Of a stretch of 64,000 bases of DNA, positions 20,676 through 30,677 are shown piece by piece. Origin of the DNA: Actinomycetes bacterium (GTDB lineage: Bacteria; Actinomycetota; Acidimicrobiia; Acidimicrobiales; RAAP-2). Location of the stretch: the NCBI GenBank assembly GCA_021831035.1, contig JAKBNL010000006.1:37652-101651 (forward strand). The letters are read 5' to 3'. Made by a program: the position numbers and the translations under genes. Positions within the stretch are counted from its first letter, which is position 1. Every line of letters starts with the position of its first letter. Under the pieces are notes generated by a model, which worked only from the letters and a program-made list of their open reading frames with translations, was not told the origin of the DNA and ran no database searches.

Positions 20676-21686
20676 GTGACTACGTCGCCCAGTGATCAAG
20701 AGAGATACGTCGCCCTTCTCTCGATGGGGGGCACGATCGCGTCGGTTGCGCCGACGCCGGGGGCGGGTGTGATGCCGACGCTGGAGGCGGGAGACCTGAC
20801 GCGCACACTCGACGCCCATGGGGGTGTCGCATTGTCTGCGCGCACGGTGCGACTCATGCCCTCGGCGAGCTTCACCTTCGACGACGTCCTCGCGCTCGTC
20901 CGCGCGGTCGAGGCGGCCCTCGCGGAGGGAGCGACCGGGGTCGTCGTCACCCAGGGGACGGACAACCTCGAGGAGGTGGCCTTCGTCATCGACCTGCTCA
21001 TCGACGACGAGCGGCCCGTGGTCGTCTCGGGGGCCATGCGCTCGGCGGACGCGCCCGGTGCGGACGGTCCGGCGAACCTACGGGCCGCCGTCGCAGTCGC
21101 GGCGAGCCCCGACGCGCGAGGTCTGGGCACGCTCGTCGTGATGGGCGACGAGATCCACGCGGCCCGCTACGTGCGAAAGACGCACTCCTCGCGCCCCTCG
21201 GCCTTCGCCTCACCCGAGACGGGCCCACTCGGTCACCTCGTCGAGGGGGAGGTCCGCGTCGCGACCCGCGTCACCGCCCTCTCGCTCGGGGCCCGGGTCG
21301 ACGCGATCCCCCCGGTGGCGCTGCTGCGCTGCGCGCTCGGTGACGACGGGCGCCTGGTGGGGACCCTCCTCGCCCGGGGCTACCGAGGGCTCGTCGTCGA
21401 GGGAATGGGTGCGGGTCACGTGCCCGCCACGATGGTCGAACCCCTTGAGGCGCTCGCGCGCGAGGTCCCGGTGGTGTTCGCCTCGCGCACGGGTTCGGGC
21501 TCGACGCTTCGCCACTCCTACGGGTACCCCGGCTCCGAGATCGACCTCCTCGGGCGCGGGGTGGTCGCCGCGGGCGCGCTCGATGGCCTGAAGGCCCGCC
21601 TGGCGCTTGCCCTGGCGCTCGGGAGCACCGACGACCGAGCGCTCGCCGAGTCCCGCTTCGCCGCGGTGGTCGCGGCGGTCGGCTAG
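20676..21686 (+). CDS. ansA: L-asparaginase family protein
   Basis: MGGTIAS, TQGTDNLEE, SGAMRS, DGPANL motifs. Confidence 0.9.
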   Translation: MTTSPSDQERYVALLSMGGTIASVAPTPGAGVMPTLEAGDLTRTLDAHGGVALSARTVRLMPSASFTFDDVLALVRAVEAALAEGATGVVVTQGTDNLEEVAFVIDLLIDDERPVVVSGAMRSADAPGADGPANLRAAVAVAASPDARGLGTLVVMGDEIHAARYVRKTHSSRPSAFASPETGPLGHLVEGEVRVATRVTALSLGARVDAIPPVALLRCALGDDGRLVGTLLARGYRGLVVEGMGAGHVPATMVEPLEALAREVPVVFASRTGSGSTLRHSYGYPGSEIDLLGRGVVAAGALDGLKARLALALALGSTDDRALAESRFAAVVAAVG

Positions 21687-21719
21687 GAGAGGGGCCCGCC
21701 CTCGTCGTAGACTTCGACG

Positions 21720-22793
21720 GTGAACACCCCCACCGTCATCGTCTGTGACGGCGACGAGACCGGTCAGGAGCTCCTGGAGGAGTCCCTGCGGGTCGTCGCC
21801 TCGGGCGCGCTCGGCGTCCCGGTCGACCTCGAGCACTTCGACCTCTCGCTCGGCGCGCGCCGCGCGACGGACAACGGTGTCGTCCGAGAGGCCGCCGGCG
21901 CGATGCGCGAGACGGGCCTCGGGCTGAAGGCCGCCACGATCACCCCGCCCGAGCGCGGCGGCGTCGGTTCGCCCAACCGCCTGCTGCGCGAGGGCATCGG
22001 TGGGTCGGTGATCGTCCGCACCGGGCGACGTATCCCCGGGGTCGCCCCGACCGTGACGGGCATCAACGCGCCGATCGTGGTCGTGCGCATGGCCGTGGGC
22101 GACGCCTACGGCGCCGCCGAGGGCCGTGACGGCGAGCCCGGGGACGACGGCGAGGTGGCCTGGCGCACCGAGCGCATCGAGCGCTCGGTCTGCCGTCGGG
22201 TCGCCGAGTACTGCTTCATCGCGGCGGCCGAGAGCGACGGCGTCGTCTTCGGCGGGCCGAAGTGGACGGTCTCGCCGACCTACGAGGGGATGCTGAAAGA
22301 GGAGATGGACGCGGCCGCCGAGCGCCACCCCGACGTCCGCTACCGGCCCGTGCTCATCGACGCCACCTACGCCTTGCTCATGACGGAGAACCACGAGCGC
22401 CCCCTCGTCATCCCGTCGCTGAATCGCGACGGGGACTGCCTGAGCGACCTCGTCATCGCGATGTTCGGCTCGATCGCCGGTGCGGAGTCGGTCCTGCTCA
22501 GCCTCGACGGCGAGCTGCGTCCGATCGTCGCGATGGCCGAGGCGCCCCACGGAACGGCGCCGTCACTGCAGGGCAAGAACGTCGCCAACCCGATGGCCAT
22601 GCTCCTCGCGCTCGCCGCGGTGCTGGACCAGGCCGGAGCGCTTTCCGGGGGCGAGGCCTACGTCACGGCGGGTCACCGTCTGCGTCGCGCGACCCTCGCC
22701 GGGGCGGCCGAGGGCGTGCGCACCTTCGACCTGGGTGGCGAGGCGACGACGAGCGACGTCGTCGACGACGTCATCGCGCGCCTGAGCACCTGA
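21720..22793 (+). CDS. Isocitrate/isopropylmalate dehydrogenase family (probably isocitrate dehydrogenase)
   Basis: KAATITP, SPNRLLR, NRDGDCLSD, EAPHGTAP...NP.AM. Confidence 0.85.
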   Translation: MNTPTVIVCDGDETGQELLEESLRVVASGALGVPVDLEHFDLSLGARRATDNGVVREAAGAMRETGLGLKAATITPPERGGVGSPNRLLREGIGGSVIVRTGRRIPGVAPTVTGINAPIVVVRMAVGDAYGAAEGRDGEPGDDGEVAWRTERIERSVCRRVAEYCFIAAAESDGVVFGGPKWTVSPTYEGMLKEEMDAAAERHPDVRYRPVLIDATYALLMTENHERPLVIPSLNRDGDCLSDLVIAMFGSIAGAESVLLSLDGELRPIVAMAEAPHGTAPSLQGKNVANPMAMLLALAAVLDQAGALSGGEAYVTAGHRLRRATLAGAAEGVRTFDLGGEATTSDVVDDVIARLST

Positions 22794-22863
22794 TCGGGCG
22801 GCCCGCGGGGGGACGGTGGCATACTCGTCTCGTCGTGGGCGACGAGGTGACCGAGGGGGTGCC

Positions 22864-24558
22864 ATGAGTGAGGCGACCGAGCTGTTCCGTGAGGCCCGCA
22901 ACTTCCTGGTGGCGAACCGTGACGACTACGCGACGGCCTACGCGGGCTTCACCTGGCCCCGTCCGACCCACTTCAACTTCGCCACCGACTGGTTCGACGC
23001 GGGGCTGTGCGCGAGCCACCCCGACGCCGCCGCCCTCACCGTCGTCGAGGAGGACGGCACGAGTGCGTCCTACACCTTCGCCGAGCTCGCCGACACCTCC
23101 AAGCGCCTCGCCGCCTGGCTGGCCACCTTCGGTGTGGGCCGCGGGACCCGGGTGCTGGTCCTGCTGGGCAACCAGGTCGAGCTCTGGGAGGTGACCCTCG
23201 CCGCGATGCGCCTGGGGGCCGTCATAATCCCGGCGACGACGATGCTCACCACCGACGACCTCGCCGACCGCATCGCCCGCGCCGGGGCGGGGGCCGTGGT
23301 GGCGCGCGCCGACGTCGCCCCCCGCGTGCCCGCCGAGGAGGGCCTCGTGCGCGTCGCGGTGGGCGGGTCCGTCGACGGGTGGCTCGACTACGAGACGGCC
23401 CGCGTCCACCCCGACCTCTTCGAGCCCGACGGGCCGACGCCGGCGGGCGATCCCCTCTTGCTCTACTTCACCTCGGGCACGACGGCCCGGCCCAAGATGG
23501 TCGAGCACTCCCACGTGAGCTACCCGATCGGCCACCTGTCGACGATGTACTGGATCGGGCTGGGCGAGGGCGACGTGCACCTCAACCTCTCCTCGCCGGG
23601 GTGGGCCAAGCACGCCTGGAGCTGCGTCTTCGCCCCCTGGATCGCCGGGGCGACCACGGTCGTCTTCAACTACGCCCGATTCGACGCCGGGGCCCTGCTC
23701 GACGTGCTCGTGCGCGAGGGGGTCACGACCTTCTGCGCGCCGCCCACGGTGTGGCGGATGCTGGTGCTCGAGGACCTGGGCCGGTGGACGACCTCGCTGC
23801 GCGAGCTGGTCTCCGCGGGCGAGCCCCTGAATCCCGAGGTGATCGAGGCGGTGCGTCGGGCGTGGGGGCTCACGGTGCGCGACGGCTACGGCCAGACCGA
23901 GACGACCCTGCAGGTCGTCAACTCCCCGGGCCAGGTGGTGAAGGTCGGCTCCATGGGCCGGCCCGCGCCGGGGTTCGTCATCGACCTCGTGGACCCGGCG
24001 ACGGGCGAGCCCTCGAACGACGGCGAGATCTGCGTGCGCCTGGGCGACGCCCGCCCGGTCGGGCTGATGACCGCCTACCACGCCGACCTCGGCCCCGACG
24101 ACGACCTCAACGAGCGCGCCACGGTCGGGGGTCGGTACCACACCGGCGACGTCGCCCACCGGGACGAGGAGGGCTACATCACCTACGTCGGGCGGGCCGA
24201 CGACGTCTTCAAGTCGAGCGACTACCGCATCAGTCCCTTCGAGCTCGAGAGCGTGCTCATCGAGCACCCGGCCGTCGCCGAGGCCGCCGTGGTGCCCGCG
24301 CCCGACCCCGTGCGACTGTTCGTGCCCAAGGCCTACGTGACCCTCGCCCCCGGCCACGAGCCGAGCCGCGCGTTGGCGGGCGAGATCCTGGCCTTCTGCC
24401 GCGAGCGGCTCGCTCCCTATAAGCGGGTCCGGCGCCTCGAGTTCGCCGCGCTGCCCAAGACGATCAGCGGCAAGATCCGCCGGGTGGAGTTGCGCGCGCG
24501 CGAGGCCGGCGCCGAGACCGGGACCGGAGAGTACCGCGAGGAGGAGTTCGAGCGGTAG
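22864..24558 (+). CDS. Acyl-CoA synthetase (AMP-binding, medium-chain/acetate-CoA ligase-like)
   Basis: YFTSGTTARPK, YGQTE, YHTGD, GRADD, LPKTISGKIRR. Confidence 0.93.
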   Translation: MSEATELFREARNFLVANRDDYATAYAGFTWPRPTHFNFATDWFDAGLCASHPDAAALTVVEEDGTSASYTFAELADTSKRLAAWLATFGVGRGTRVLVLLGNQVELWEVTLAAMRLGAVIIPATTMLTTDDLADRIARAGAGAVVARADVAPRVPAEEGLVRVAVGGSVDGWLDYETARVHPDLFEPDGPTPAGDPLLLYFTSGTTARPKMVEHSHVSYPIGHLSTMYWIGLGEGDVHLNLSSPGWAKHAWSCVFAPWIAGATTVVFNYARFDAGALLDVLVREGVTTFCAPPTVWRMLVLEDLGRWTTSLRELVSAGEPLNPEVIEAVRRAWGLTVRDGYGQTETTLQVVNSPGQVVKVGSMGRPAPGFVIDLVDPATGEPSNDGEICVRLGDARPVGLMTAYHADLGPDDDLNERATVGGRYHTGDVAHRDEEGYITYVGRADDVFKSSDYRISPFELESVLIEHPAVAEAAVVPAPDPVRLFVPKAYVTLAPGHEPSRALAGEILAFCRERLAPYKRVRRLEFAALPKTISGKIRRVELRAREAGAETGTGEYREEEFER

Positions 24559-24658
24559 CCCCGTTCTCGCGCGCGACCGCGTCGTCCTCGGCGTGGCGGT
24601 CGAACGAGTTGTCGGATCGCGGCGGTGGTAGACAGGGCACCGAGGGTCGGACCGGTCA

Positions 24659-24688
24659 TTGACACGACGCCTCTCGCCTCCGTAGATT
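24659..24688 (+). promoter_or_regulatory. Housekeeping sigma-70 promoter TTGACA-N18-TAGATT
   Basis: Perfect -35 and TANNNT -10, 54 nt upstream of the FAH gene start. Confidence 0.65.
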
Positions 24689-24741
24689 CCTGCCCACCGT
24701 CGGTTAGTCCGGCGGGCGGGCCCGCCCTGAGGGAGTTCGAC

Positions 24742-25647
24742 GTGCGCCTGGCTTCGATCCGGACTGGCCGGGGGCTGCGGCTCCACGTGAGGGGAGCGAC
24801 GGGCTACGTCGACCTCGCCGACGCGACCGACGACGGGCGCCTGGCCACGCTCGCGGGTCTGTTCGGCGCGGGTGACGCGGGGCTCGCCGCGGCCCGACGC
24901 GCCAGCGAGCGCGAGGGCGTCGCGATCGAGCGCCACCTCTTCGGCCCGGCGACCCCGGAGGCCCCCCGGGTCCTGTGTCTCGGGGTGAACTACGCCGACC
25001 ACGCCCGGGAGGGCGGCCGCGACGTGCCCAGCTGGCCCGAGTCGTTCGTACGCGGGACGGGCAGCGTCATCGGCCCCTACGACGACCTCGTCGCCCCGGC
25101 CCTCACCGAGCGCCTCGACTACGAGGCCGAGGTCGCCGTCGTGATCGGGCGGGGCGGTCGCTACATCCGAGCGAGGGACGCCTTCGACGCGATCCTCGGC
25201 TACGCCGCGATGAACGACGGCTCAGCCCGGGAGTGGCAGCGCAAGGCGACCCAGTGGACCCCGGGCAAGAACTTCGACGGGACGATGCCCATCGGTCCCG
25301 AGATCGTCACCGTCGACGAGGTCGACATCACCGACGTGGCGATCCGGTCGATCCTGAACGGCGAGGTGATGCAAGACGCGCGCACCTCGATGATGATCGT
25401 GAGCGTCGCGCGCGCGGTCGAGTACTTCTCGGGCTTCACGACGCTGCGCCCGGGCGACGTCATCGCCACGGGCACCCCGGGGGGAGTCGGCTTCGCGCGC
25501 ACGCCGCCGGTCTGGCTCAAGCCCGGCGACCTGATCGAGGTCGAGGTGGGGGGCGTCGGGACCATCGCCAACCGGGTGGTCGCCGAAGAGGGTGCGCCGG
25601 CCGACTGGCCGTGGCGCCCGCTGGCGGTGGACACCACGGCCTTCTAG
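24742..25647 (+). CDS. Fumarylacetoacetate hydrolase family protein
   Basis: CLGVNYADH, LDYEAEVAVVIG, NDGSAR, GKNFD, GDVIATGTPGG. Confidence 0.92.
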   Translation: MRLASIRTGRGLRLHVRGATGYVDLADATDDGRLATLAGLFGAGDAGLAAARRASEREGVAIERHLFGPATPEAPRVLCLGVNYADHAREGGRDVPSWPESFVRGTGSVIGPYDDLVAPALTERLDYEAEVAVVIGRGGRYIRARDAFDAILGYAAMNDGSAREWQRKATQWTPGKNFDGTMPIGPEIVTVDEVDITDVAIRSILNGEVMQDARTSMMIVSVARAVEYFSGFTTLRPGDVIATGTPGGVGFARTPPVWLKPGDLIEVEVGGVGTIANRVVAEEGAPADWPWRPLAVDTTAF

Positions 25648-25695
25648 GCGGGCGATCACCGACGCCGCCGGGCGTCCAGCCGCGGGTCCGGGCGC

Positions 25696-26166
25696 TCAGG
25701 GGTCCTGGTGGCCGCTGCGGCCCAGGATGAGCAGGCCGAGCACCAAGACGAAGACGACCCCGAGACCCACCCCCAGGGCGACCAGAGTGTGGTCGTAGTC
25801 GCGATTCGTGAGCGGCCCGCCGAAGCTGAGGTGGGCCGAGGCGCTGAGGATGTCCCGCACGCCAGCCAGGATGCCGATGTAGAGGAAGGGTCGCACCGGC
25901 ATCACCGCCGAGCGAAGCTGGCCGAGCACGGTGTAGGCGATGTCGAGGACGATGATCACGACCAGCACGCCGTCGATCGCCTGGATGGTGAGCTCGGGGA
26001 ATCCGACCCGGTGCTGGACGAACTGGACGAACGTGTGGATAAGGATGACGGCCGACAGCGCCCACAGGGCGAGGACGACCCCGTACTCGAGCCCCACGAT
26101 GAGCCGGCTCATGGCCTTGTCGAGGGTCGTGCTCGGACGGGCGTTCGGGTCGCTGCGCTCGTCCAT
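25696..26166 (-). CDS. Phosphate-starvation-inducible PsiE family membrane protein
   Basis: Four TM helices; LVVIIVLDI...[17 protein letters not shown]. Confidence 0.75.
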   Translation of the reverse strand: MDERSDPNARPSTTLDKAMSRLIVGLEYGVVLALWALSAVILIHTFVQFVQHRVGFPELTIQAIDGVLVVIIVLDIAYTVLGQLRSAVMPVRPFLYIGILAGVRDILSASAHLSFGGPLTNRDYDHTLVALGVGLGVVFVLVLGLLILGRSGHQDP

Positions 26167-26306
26167 TCGAGCAATGTAGCCAAGTCTGTGCCCTCGGGCG
26201 GCCCGCACGAGTCTCGGGGTCCGACCGACCAGGAGAGCCGGACGGCCCCGTGGGGGGTGCGCCAGCGACTAGGACTGGTCGGGGGACCGGGGTCGAAGGA
26301 GGCGTC

Positions 26307-26795
26307 GTGGGTGAGGCGGAGCGGTCGATCGAGCAGCGCGGGCGGTGGTACGAGGAGATGGACGAGGGCGTCACCTACCGCCACCGGCCCGGCCGCACGG
26401 CCACCGAGGCCGACAACGTGCTCTTCACGACCCTGACGATGAACCCCCAGCCCCTGCACCTCGACGCGGCCTGGTCGGCCGGCCAGCCCTTCGGCGAGCG
26501 CCTGGTGAACTCGATGTGGACCCTCTCGACGCTCGTGGGGCTCTCGGTGGGTCAGCTGACCCTGGGCACGCTCGTCGCCAATCTCGGGCTCACCGACGTC
26601 GCCTTCCCCCATCCGGTGCGGGTCGGCGACACCCTCTACGCCGAGTCGACGGTCCTCGCCAAGCGGCTCTCGCGCTCGCGGCCCGGTGAGGGTGTCGTCG
26701 AAGTCGAACACCGCGGGCTCAACCAAGAGGAGGTGCTCGTCGCGCGTTGTCGGAGGACGATGCTCGTGCGGCTCGCGCCCAGGGTCGAGGGGTGA
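26307..26795 (+). CDS. MaoC-family dehydratase (Rv2499c-like)
   Basis: [29 protein letters not shown]...LVNSM. AAGGAGG RBS. Confidence 0.92.
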   Translation: MGEAERSIEQRGRWYEEMDEGVTYRHRPGRTATEADNVLFTTLTMNPQPLHLDAAWSAGQPFGERLVNSMWTLSTLVGLSVGQLTLGTLVANLGLTDVAFPHPVRVGDTLYAESTVLAKRLSRSRPGEGVVEVEHRGLNQEEVLVARCRRTMLVRLAPRVEG

Positions 26796-27610
26796 GCTGG
26801 CTCTCGCCCGGGCCGGCGTGGCTCTTCTGTCCGGCCGATCGCCCCGAGCGCTTCGCCCGGGCCATCGAGACCTCGGATCTCGCGATCCTCGATCTCGAAG
26901 ACGGCGTCGCGCCCGCCCGACGCGCGTTCGCCCGCTCGGCGCTGGCCGCGCTCGACGCGCCATCCGAGCGGTTCATCGTTCGTCTGAACCCCGCCGGGTC
27001 GCCCGAGCACGCGCTCGACCGCGAGGCGCTCGAGCACTGCGCGGCGACGGTGGTGTTGCTCGCCAAGACCGAATCGGCGGACGACGTGACCGCGCTCGCG
27101 CCCCGGCGCGTCGTGGCCCTGTGCGAGACCCCCGTCGGGCTGAGTCGCGTCGAGGAGATCGCCGCGGCACCGAACGTGGTCGCCGTCATGTGGGGTGGCG
27201 AGGACCTGGCGGCCGGCCTCGGGGGCACCTCGAGTCGGCGCCCCGACGGCTCGCTGAGCGACGTCAGCCGCTACGCGCGGGCCCGTACCCTCCTCGCCGC
27301 GCGCACCGCCGGGGTCGTGGCCCTCGACACGGTGCACGTCGAGATCGACGACGAGGCGGGGCTGCGGGCCGAGGCGACCGACGCGGCGGCCATGGGCTTC
27401 GACGCGACGCCGTGCGTGCACCCGCGCCAGGTGGCCATCGTGCGTGAGGCCTATCGGCCGACGCCCGGCCAGATCGACTTCGCGCGCCGGGTCCTCGACC
27501 TCTGGGGGGGGACCGAGGGGGTCATCCGCGTGGACGGCGTGATGGTCGACGGCCCGGTCGTCGCGCACGCCCGCCGCACGCTGCGCCGGGCCGGGGAGGC
27601 CGCCGACTAG
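26792..27610 (+). CDS. citE: CitE-like acyl-CoA lyase (HpcH/HpaI family, Rv2498c-like)
   Basis: [45 protein letters not shown] overlap with the MaoC gene. Confidence 0.92.
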   Translation: MSWLSPGPAWLFCPADRPERFARAIETSDLAILDLEDGVAPARRAFARSALAALDAPSERFIVRLNPAGSPEHALDREALEHCAATVVLLAKTESADDVTALAPRRVVALCETPVGLSRVEEIAAAPNVVAVMWGGEDLAAGLGGTSSRRPDGSLSDVSRYARARTLLAARTAGVVALDTVHVEIDDEAGLRAEATDAAAMGFDATPCVHPRQVAIVREAYRPTPGQIDFARRVLDLWGGTEGVIRVDGVMVDGPVVAHARRTLRRAGEAAD

Positions 27611-28191
27611 GCCCCCGGCGCGGCGCCCTCGGCGAGGCCGGCGCTGGTGCCTGAGAGGACCTGCTGGTGGCCGAGGTCGAGCAGGCGGATCCAGCTCTGC
27701 TGGCCCATCGTGAGACAGATGAACCCGGCCAGCTCGACCAGCTCCTCGTCGGAGAAGTGACGGCCCAGCCGCTCCCAAAAGGCGTCGTCGGGGTTGAGCC
27801 GCCAGGTGATGGCCTCGGCGTAGGAGAGGGCGGCGCGCTGGCGCTCGTCGTAGTCGGCGCTCGTCTCGAAGTTCATCAGGTCGTCGACGAGGTGCTCGTC
27901 GAGCCCGCCGGCGCGGGCCCGCTCAGAGCGCTGGTTGCCGCAGTAGGCGCAGTTGACCGAGCGCGACACGTAGAGCCGGCAGAGCTCCTTCAGCTCGTGC
28001 TCGACCACGCCCTGGCGAAAGAGCGCCTCCCAGGCGTGGGCGAAGGACCAGAACGCCGCGGGGGAGTGGGCGCGCACCGCCGAGCTCTCCGGTCGCGGCG
28101 TGCCCTCGGCGGCGCAGCGGCGCAGCTCGGCCATGACCTCCTCGGGCAGGGACGCGAGGTCGGGGTAGGGGATGCGCGGTCCGTCGGCCAT
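27607..28191 (-). CDS. Carboxymuconolactone decarboxylase/AhpD-like protein
   Basis: LKELCRLYVSRSVNCAYC (CxxC), AALSYAEAIT. TATCCT -10 lies 7 nt before the ATG. Confidence 0.85.
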   Translation of the reverse strand: MADGPRIPYPDLASLPEEVMAELRRCAAEGTPRPESSAVRAHSPAAFWSFAHAWEALFRQGVVEHELKELCRLYVSRSVNCAYCGNQRSERARAGGLDEHLVDDLMNFETSADYDERQRAALSYAEAITWRLNPDDAFWERLGRHFSDEELVELAGFICLTMGQQSWIRLLDLGHQQVLSGTSAGLAEGAAPGA

Positions 28192-28609
28192 GGCGCCGAG
28201 GATAGGTCGCCGGCGCCGGCGCGCCACGGCTCGTCGCGCACCGCGCGAGCCGGGCCCGATCGGGCGTCGCGGGCCCGACCACGAGCCCCGGACCGGTCCC
28301 CGCCACCGCCGGCCCCGGTCCGTCACGACGCCCCTCACCAGGGACTCTCGTGGGGCTGAGCCGCGACCCACCGACACTCACAGGGAACTCACAGTTGACC
28401 CCCTCGGCGCGGGCGGTCAAGACTGCCCCCAGCGGACGCGCCCCTTGAGGCGGGCGAGTCGTCAGAGCGAGGGCCCCGCGGACACGAACGTGCGGAGCGG
28501 TGCCGGGGGCGGCGAGCGCCGAGCACCGGTACGAGGTCGCCGGCGGCCGGTGGGGACGAGGGCGTGGGGTGACATCGGTTCCCCCGATTCCGGAGTGGGC
28601 AGGTGACAC

Positions 28610-29437
28610 ATGAGGATCGGACTCATCGGCTTTGGCGGGACCGGCACGGCGGTGGCGTCGGCCGTCCTCACCCACCCGGGGCTCAGCCTCGAGTGGGTGG
28701 TGCGCCGCAGTGACAAGCTCGAGCTGCGCTCGGTCGCGGAGTTCCTGGGCGTTGACGCCTCGGTGGACGCGCGGGTCTTCCCCCGGGACGCGTTCCCGGT
28801 CGACGAGCTCCTCGACGCGATGCCCGTCGACGTCATCGTCGACTTCTCGTCCGAGGACGGGATCGACTACTACGGCCAGGCCGCGGCGCGGCGCGGCATC
28901 GCGATCGTGACAGCGATCTCGCACTACCCCGCCGACAGGGTCGAGCTGCTGGGCGAGTTGGGCGAGGAGACGGCCGTCCTGTGGTCGCCGAACATCACCG
29001 TCGGGATCAACTTCCTCATCCTCGCCGCACAGACCCTCCGGCGGATCGCGCCGAACGTCGACGTGGAGATCGTCGAGGAGCACTTCAAGTCCAAAGAGGG
29101 CGTCTCGGGCACGGCCCGCGTGATCGCCGAGGGCCTCGAGGTGGATCCCCGCACGGCCAAGTCCATTCGCGCCGGGGGCATCGTCGGGGTCCACGTGGTC
29201 CTCTTCGGCTTCCCCCAGCAGACCGTGCGGATCCGTCACGAGTCGCTCTCGCGCGAGGCGTTCGGCAACGGCGCGATCTTCGCCGCGGAGAGGCTGGTGG
29301 GCCTCGCCCCCGGCCTGTACAAGATGGACGACCTCCTGCTGCCCTTCGTCAGCGACGGCTCATCCCCGACCGCGTCCGCGCGCGGCGCGTGCGGGGACTG
29401 TCCGGCCACGGGCGACCTCGCGACGCTGCCCCGCTGA
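28610..29437 (+). CDS. dapB: Dihydrodipicolinate reductase-like protein (divergent)
   Basis: GLIGFGGTG, DFSS, SPNITVG, EEHFKSKEGVSGTA, RAGGIVGVH, AFGNG. Confidence 0.75.
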   Translation: MRIGLIGFGGTGTAVASAVLTHPGLSLEWVVRRSDKLELRSVAEFLGVDASVDARVFPRDAFPVDELLDAMPVDVIVDFSSEDGIDYYGQAAARRGIAIVTAISHYPADRVELLGELGEETAVLWSPNITVGINFLILAAQTLRRIAPNVDVEIVEEHFKSKEGVSGTARVIAEGLEVDPRTAKSIRAGGIVGVHVVLFGFPQQTVRIRHESLSREAFGNGAIFAAERLVGLAPGLYKMDDLLLPFVSDGSSPTASARGACGDCPATGDLATLPR

Positions 29438-29545
29438 GACCCGGGCTCGCGGACCCGGTGTCGCCGCCGGCCAGCGCGCCGGCCCCCGAAGGCGTAAGAA
29501 GGGGGGCCCACCGGACAGGTGAGGGTGTCCGTCGCAGGAGGAGCC

Positions 29546-30517
29546 ATGTCCCATCCCCGAGTCACGCGTCGCGCGGCCGAACGGGTCGCCCTGGCTGCGC
29601 TCGGCGTCCTCGCGGGCGCCCTGGGCCTCGCGGTGCCGATCGCGGCCAGGGCCGTCGCCGCGGCCCCGGCCGCCTACCGCTGCGCGAGCCTCCCGACGAC
29701 GGCGCCCCGGGCCGGGACGACCGTGACGGTGTCGACCTCGCTCGGGCGGGCCCGCGTCACCTACCGCGCGACGACCACGACCGCGACCACCGTGCCCACC
29801 CCGGGGGTGGGCCTGCCCTTCCCCGGGGTGCTGCGGGTGAGCGACGGGGCGACCTCGTCCACCCTGGCACCGCCTCAGGGCTTCTCGGGCTCGGCGGTCG
29901 TCCAGCTCTGCGCCCTCGCCGACGGGTCGCGTCCGGCCGTCCTCCTCGGCGCCTACTCGGGCGGGGCCCACTGCTGCTTCGAGAGCGCGCTCTACGCGCC
30001 CACGCACGCGGGCTACGCCCTCGCGCTCGACGCGAACATCCGCTCGGTGAGCCCGGCCATCCGCTACGACCCGAACGGGGGACTCGCCCCCGCCCTCACG
30101 GAGGGCCACCTCGTGATGAAGAGCGGGGACGGGCGGTTCCCCTACCGGTTCGGCTGCTACGCCTGCACCCCGTCGCCGCTCGCCCTCTACCAGCTGCGCG
30201 GCGCGCGCCTGGTCGACGTGACCTCGCGCTACCCGGGCCCGGCGCGCGCGTGGCTCGCCTCGCTGCGAACGGCCCTGCGCCAGGCCGAGGCGCCCGGGAA
30301 CCGGGGATCGCTCTTCGGGGTGCTCGCCGCGTTCGTCGCCCAGTCCTGCACGCTCGGGTCGGGCGCGCGCGCCTGGGCCGAGGTCGCGACCCTCGAGCAC
30401 CGGGGGCTCCTCAGCGACGCCGCCTACCATCAGGCAGTATTCGTCACCCAGGGCTCCTACGTGCCGGCGCTTCGCCACTTCCTCCTCGGCGCCGGCTACT
30501 GCCACGGGGTGATCTAG
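29546..30517 (+). CDS. Secreted Cys-rich hypothetical protein
   Basis: AGGAGGAG RBS, signal peptide, YSGGAHCC and FGCYAC motifs. Confidence 0.75.
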   Translation: MSHPRVTRRAAERVALAALGVLAGALGLAVPIAARAVAAAPAAYRCASLPTTAPRAGTTVTVSTSLGRARVTYRATTTTATTVPTPGVGLPFPGVLRVSDGATSSTLAPPQGFSGSAVVQLCALADGSRPAVLLGAYSGGAHCCFESALYAPTHAGYALALDANIRSVSPAIRYDPNGGLAPALTEGHLVMKSGDGRFPYRFGCYACTPSPLALYQLRGARLVDVTSRYPGPARAWLASLRTALRQAEAPGNRGSLFGVLAAFVAQSCTLGSGARAWAEVATLEHRGLLSDAAYHQAVFVTQGSYVPALRHFLLGAGYCHGVI

Positions 30518-30642
30518 CCGCTCACGGCGCGACGGCCCACTCGGCGCGACCCCACCGCCCGTGGCCCGGGTCCGCCGGGCGTCTCGACGGCGGGGAGCCC
30601 GCACCGACCAGGGGGCGACGACGCGGGCCTCCGGGGCGGAGC

Positions 30643-30668
30643 GGAATAGCGACCCGCGGCGCGGGGTT
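30643..30668 (+). promoter_or_regulatory. ECF (SigR/SigH-type) promoter GGAAT-N18-GTT
   Basis: GGAAT AGCGACCCGCGGCGCGGG GTT, 9 nt before GTG 30678. Confidence 0.75.
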
Positions 30669-30677
30669 AATCCTTTC

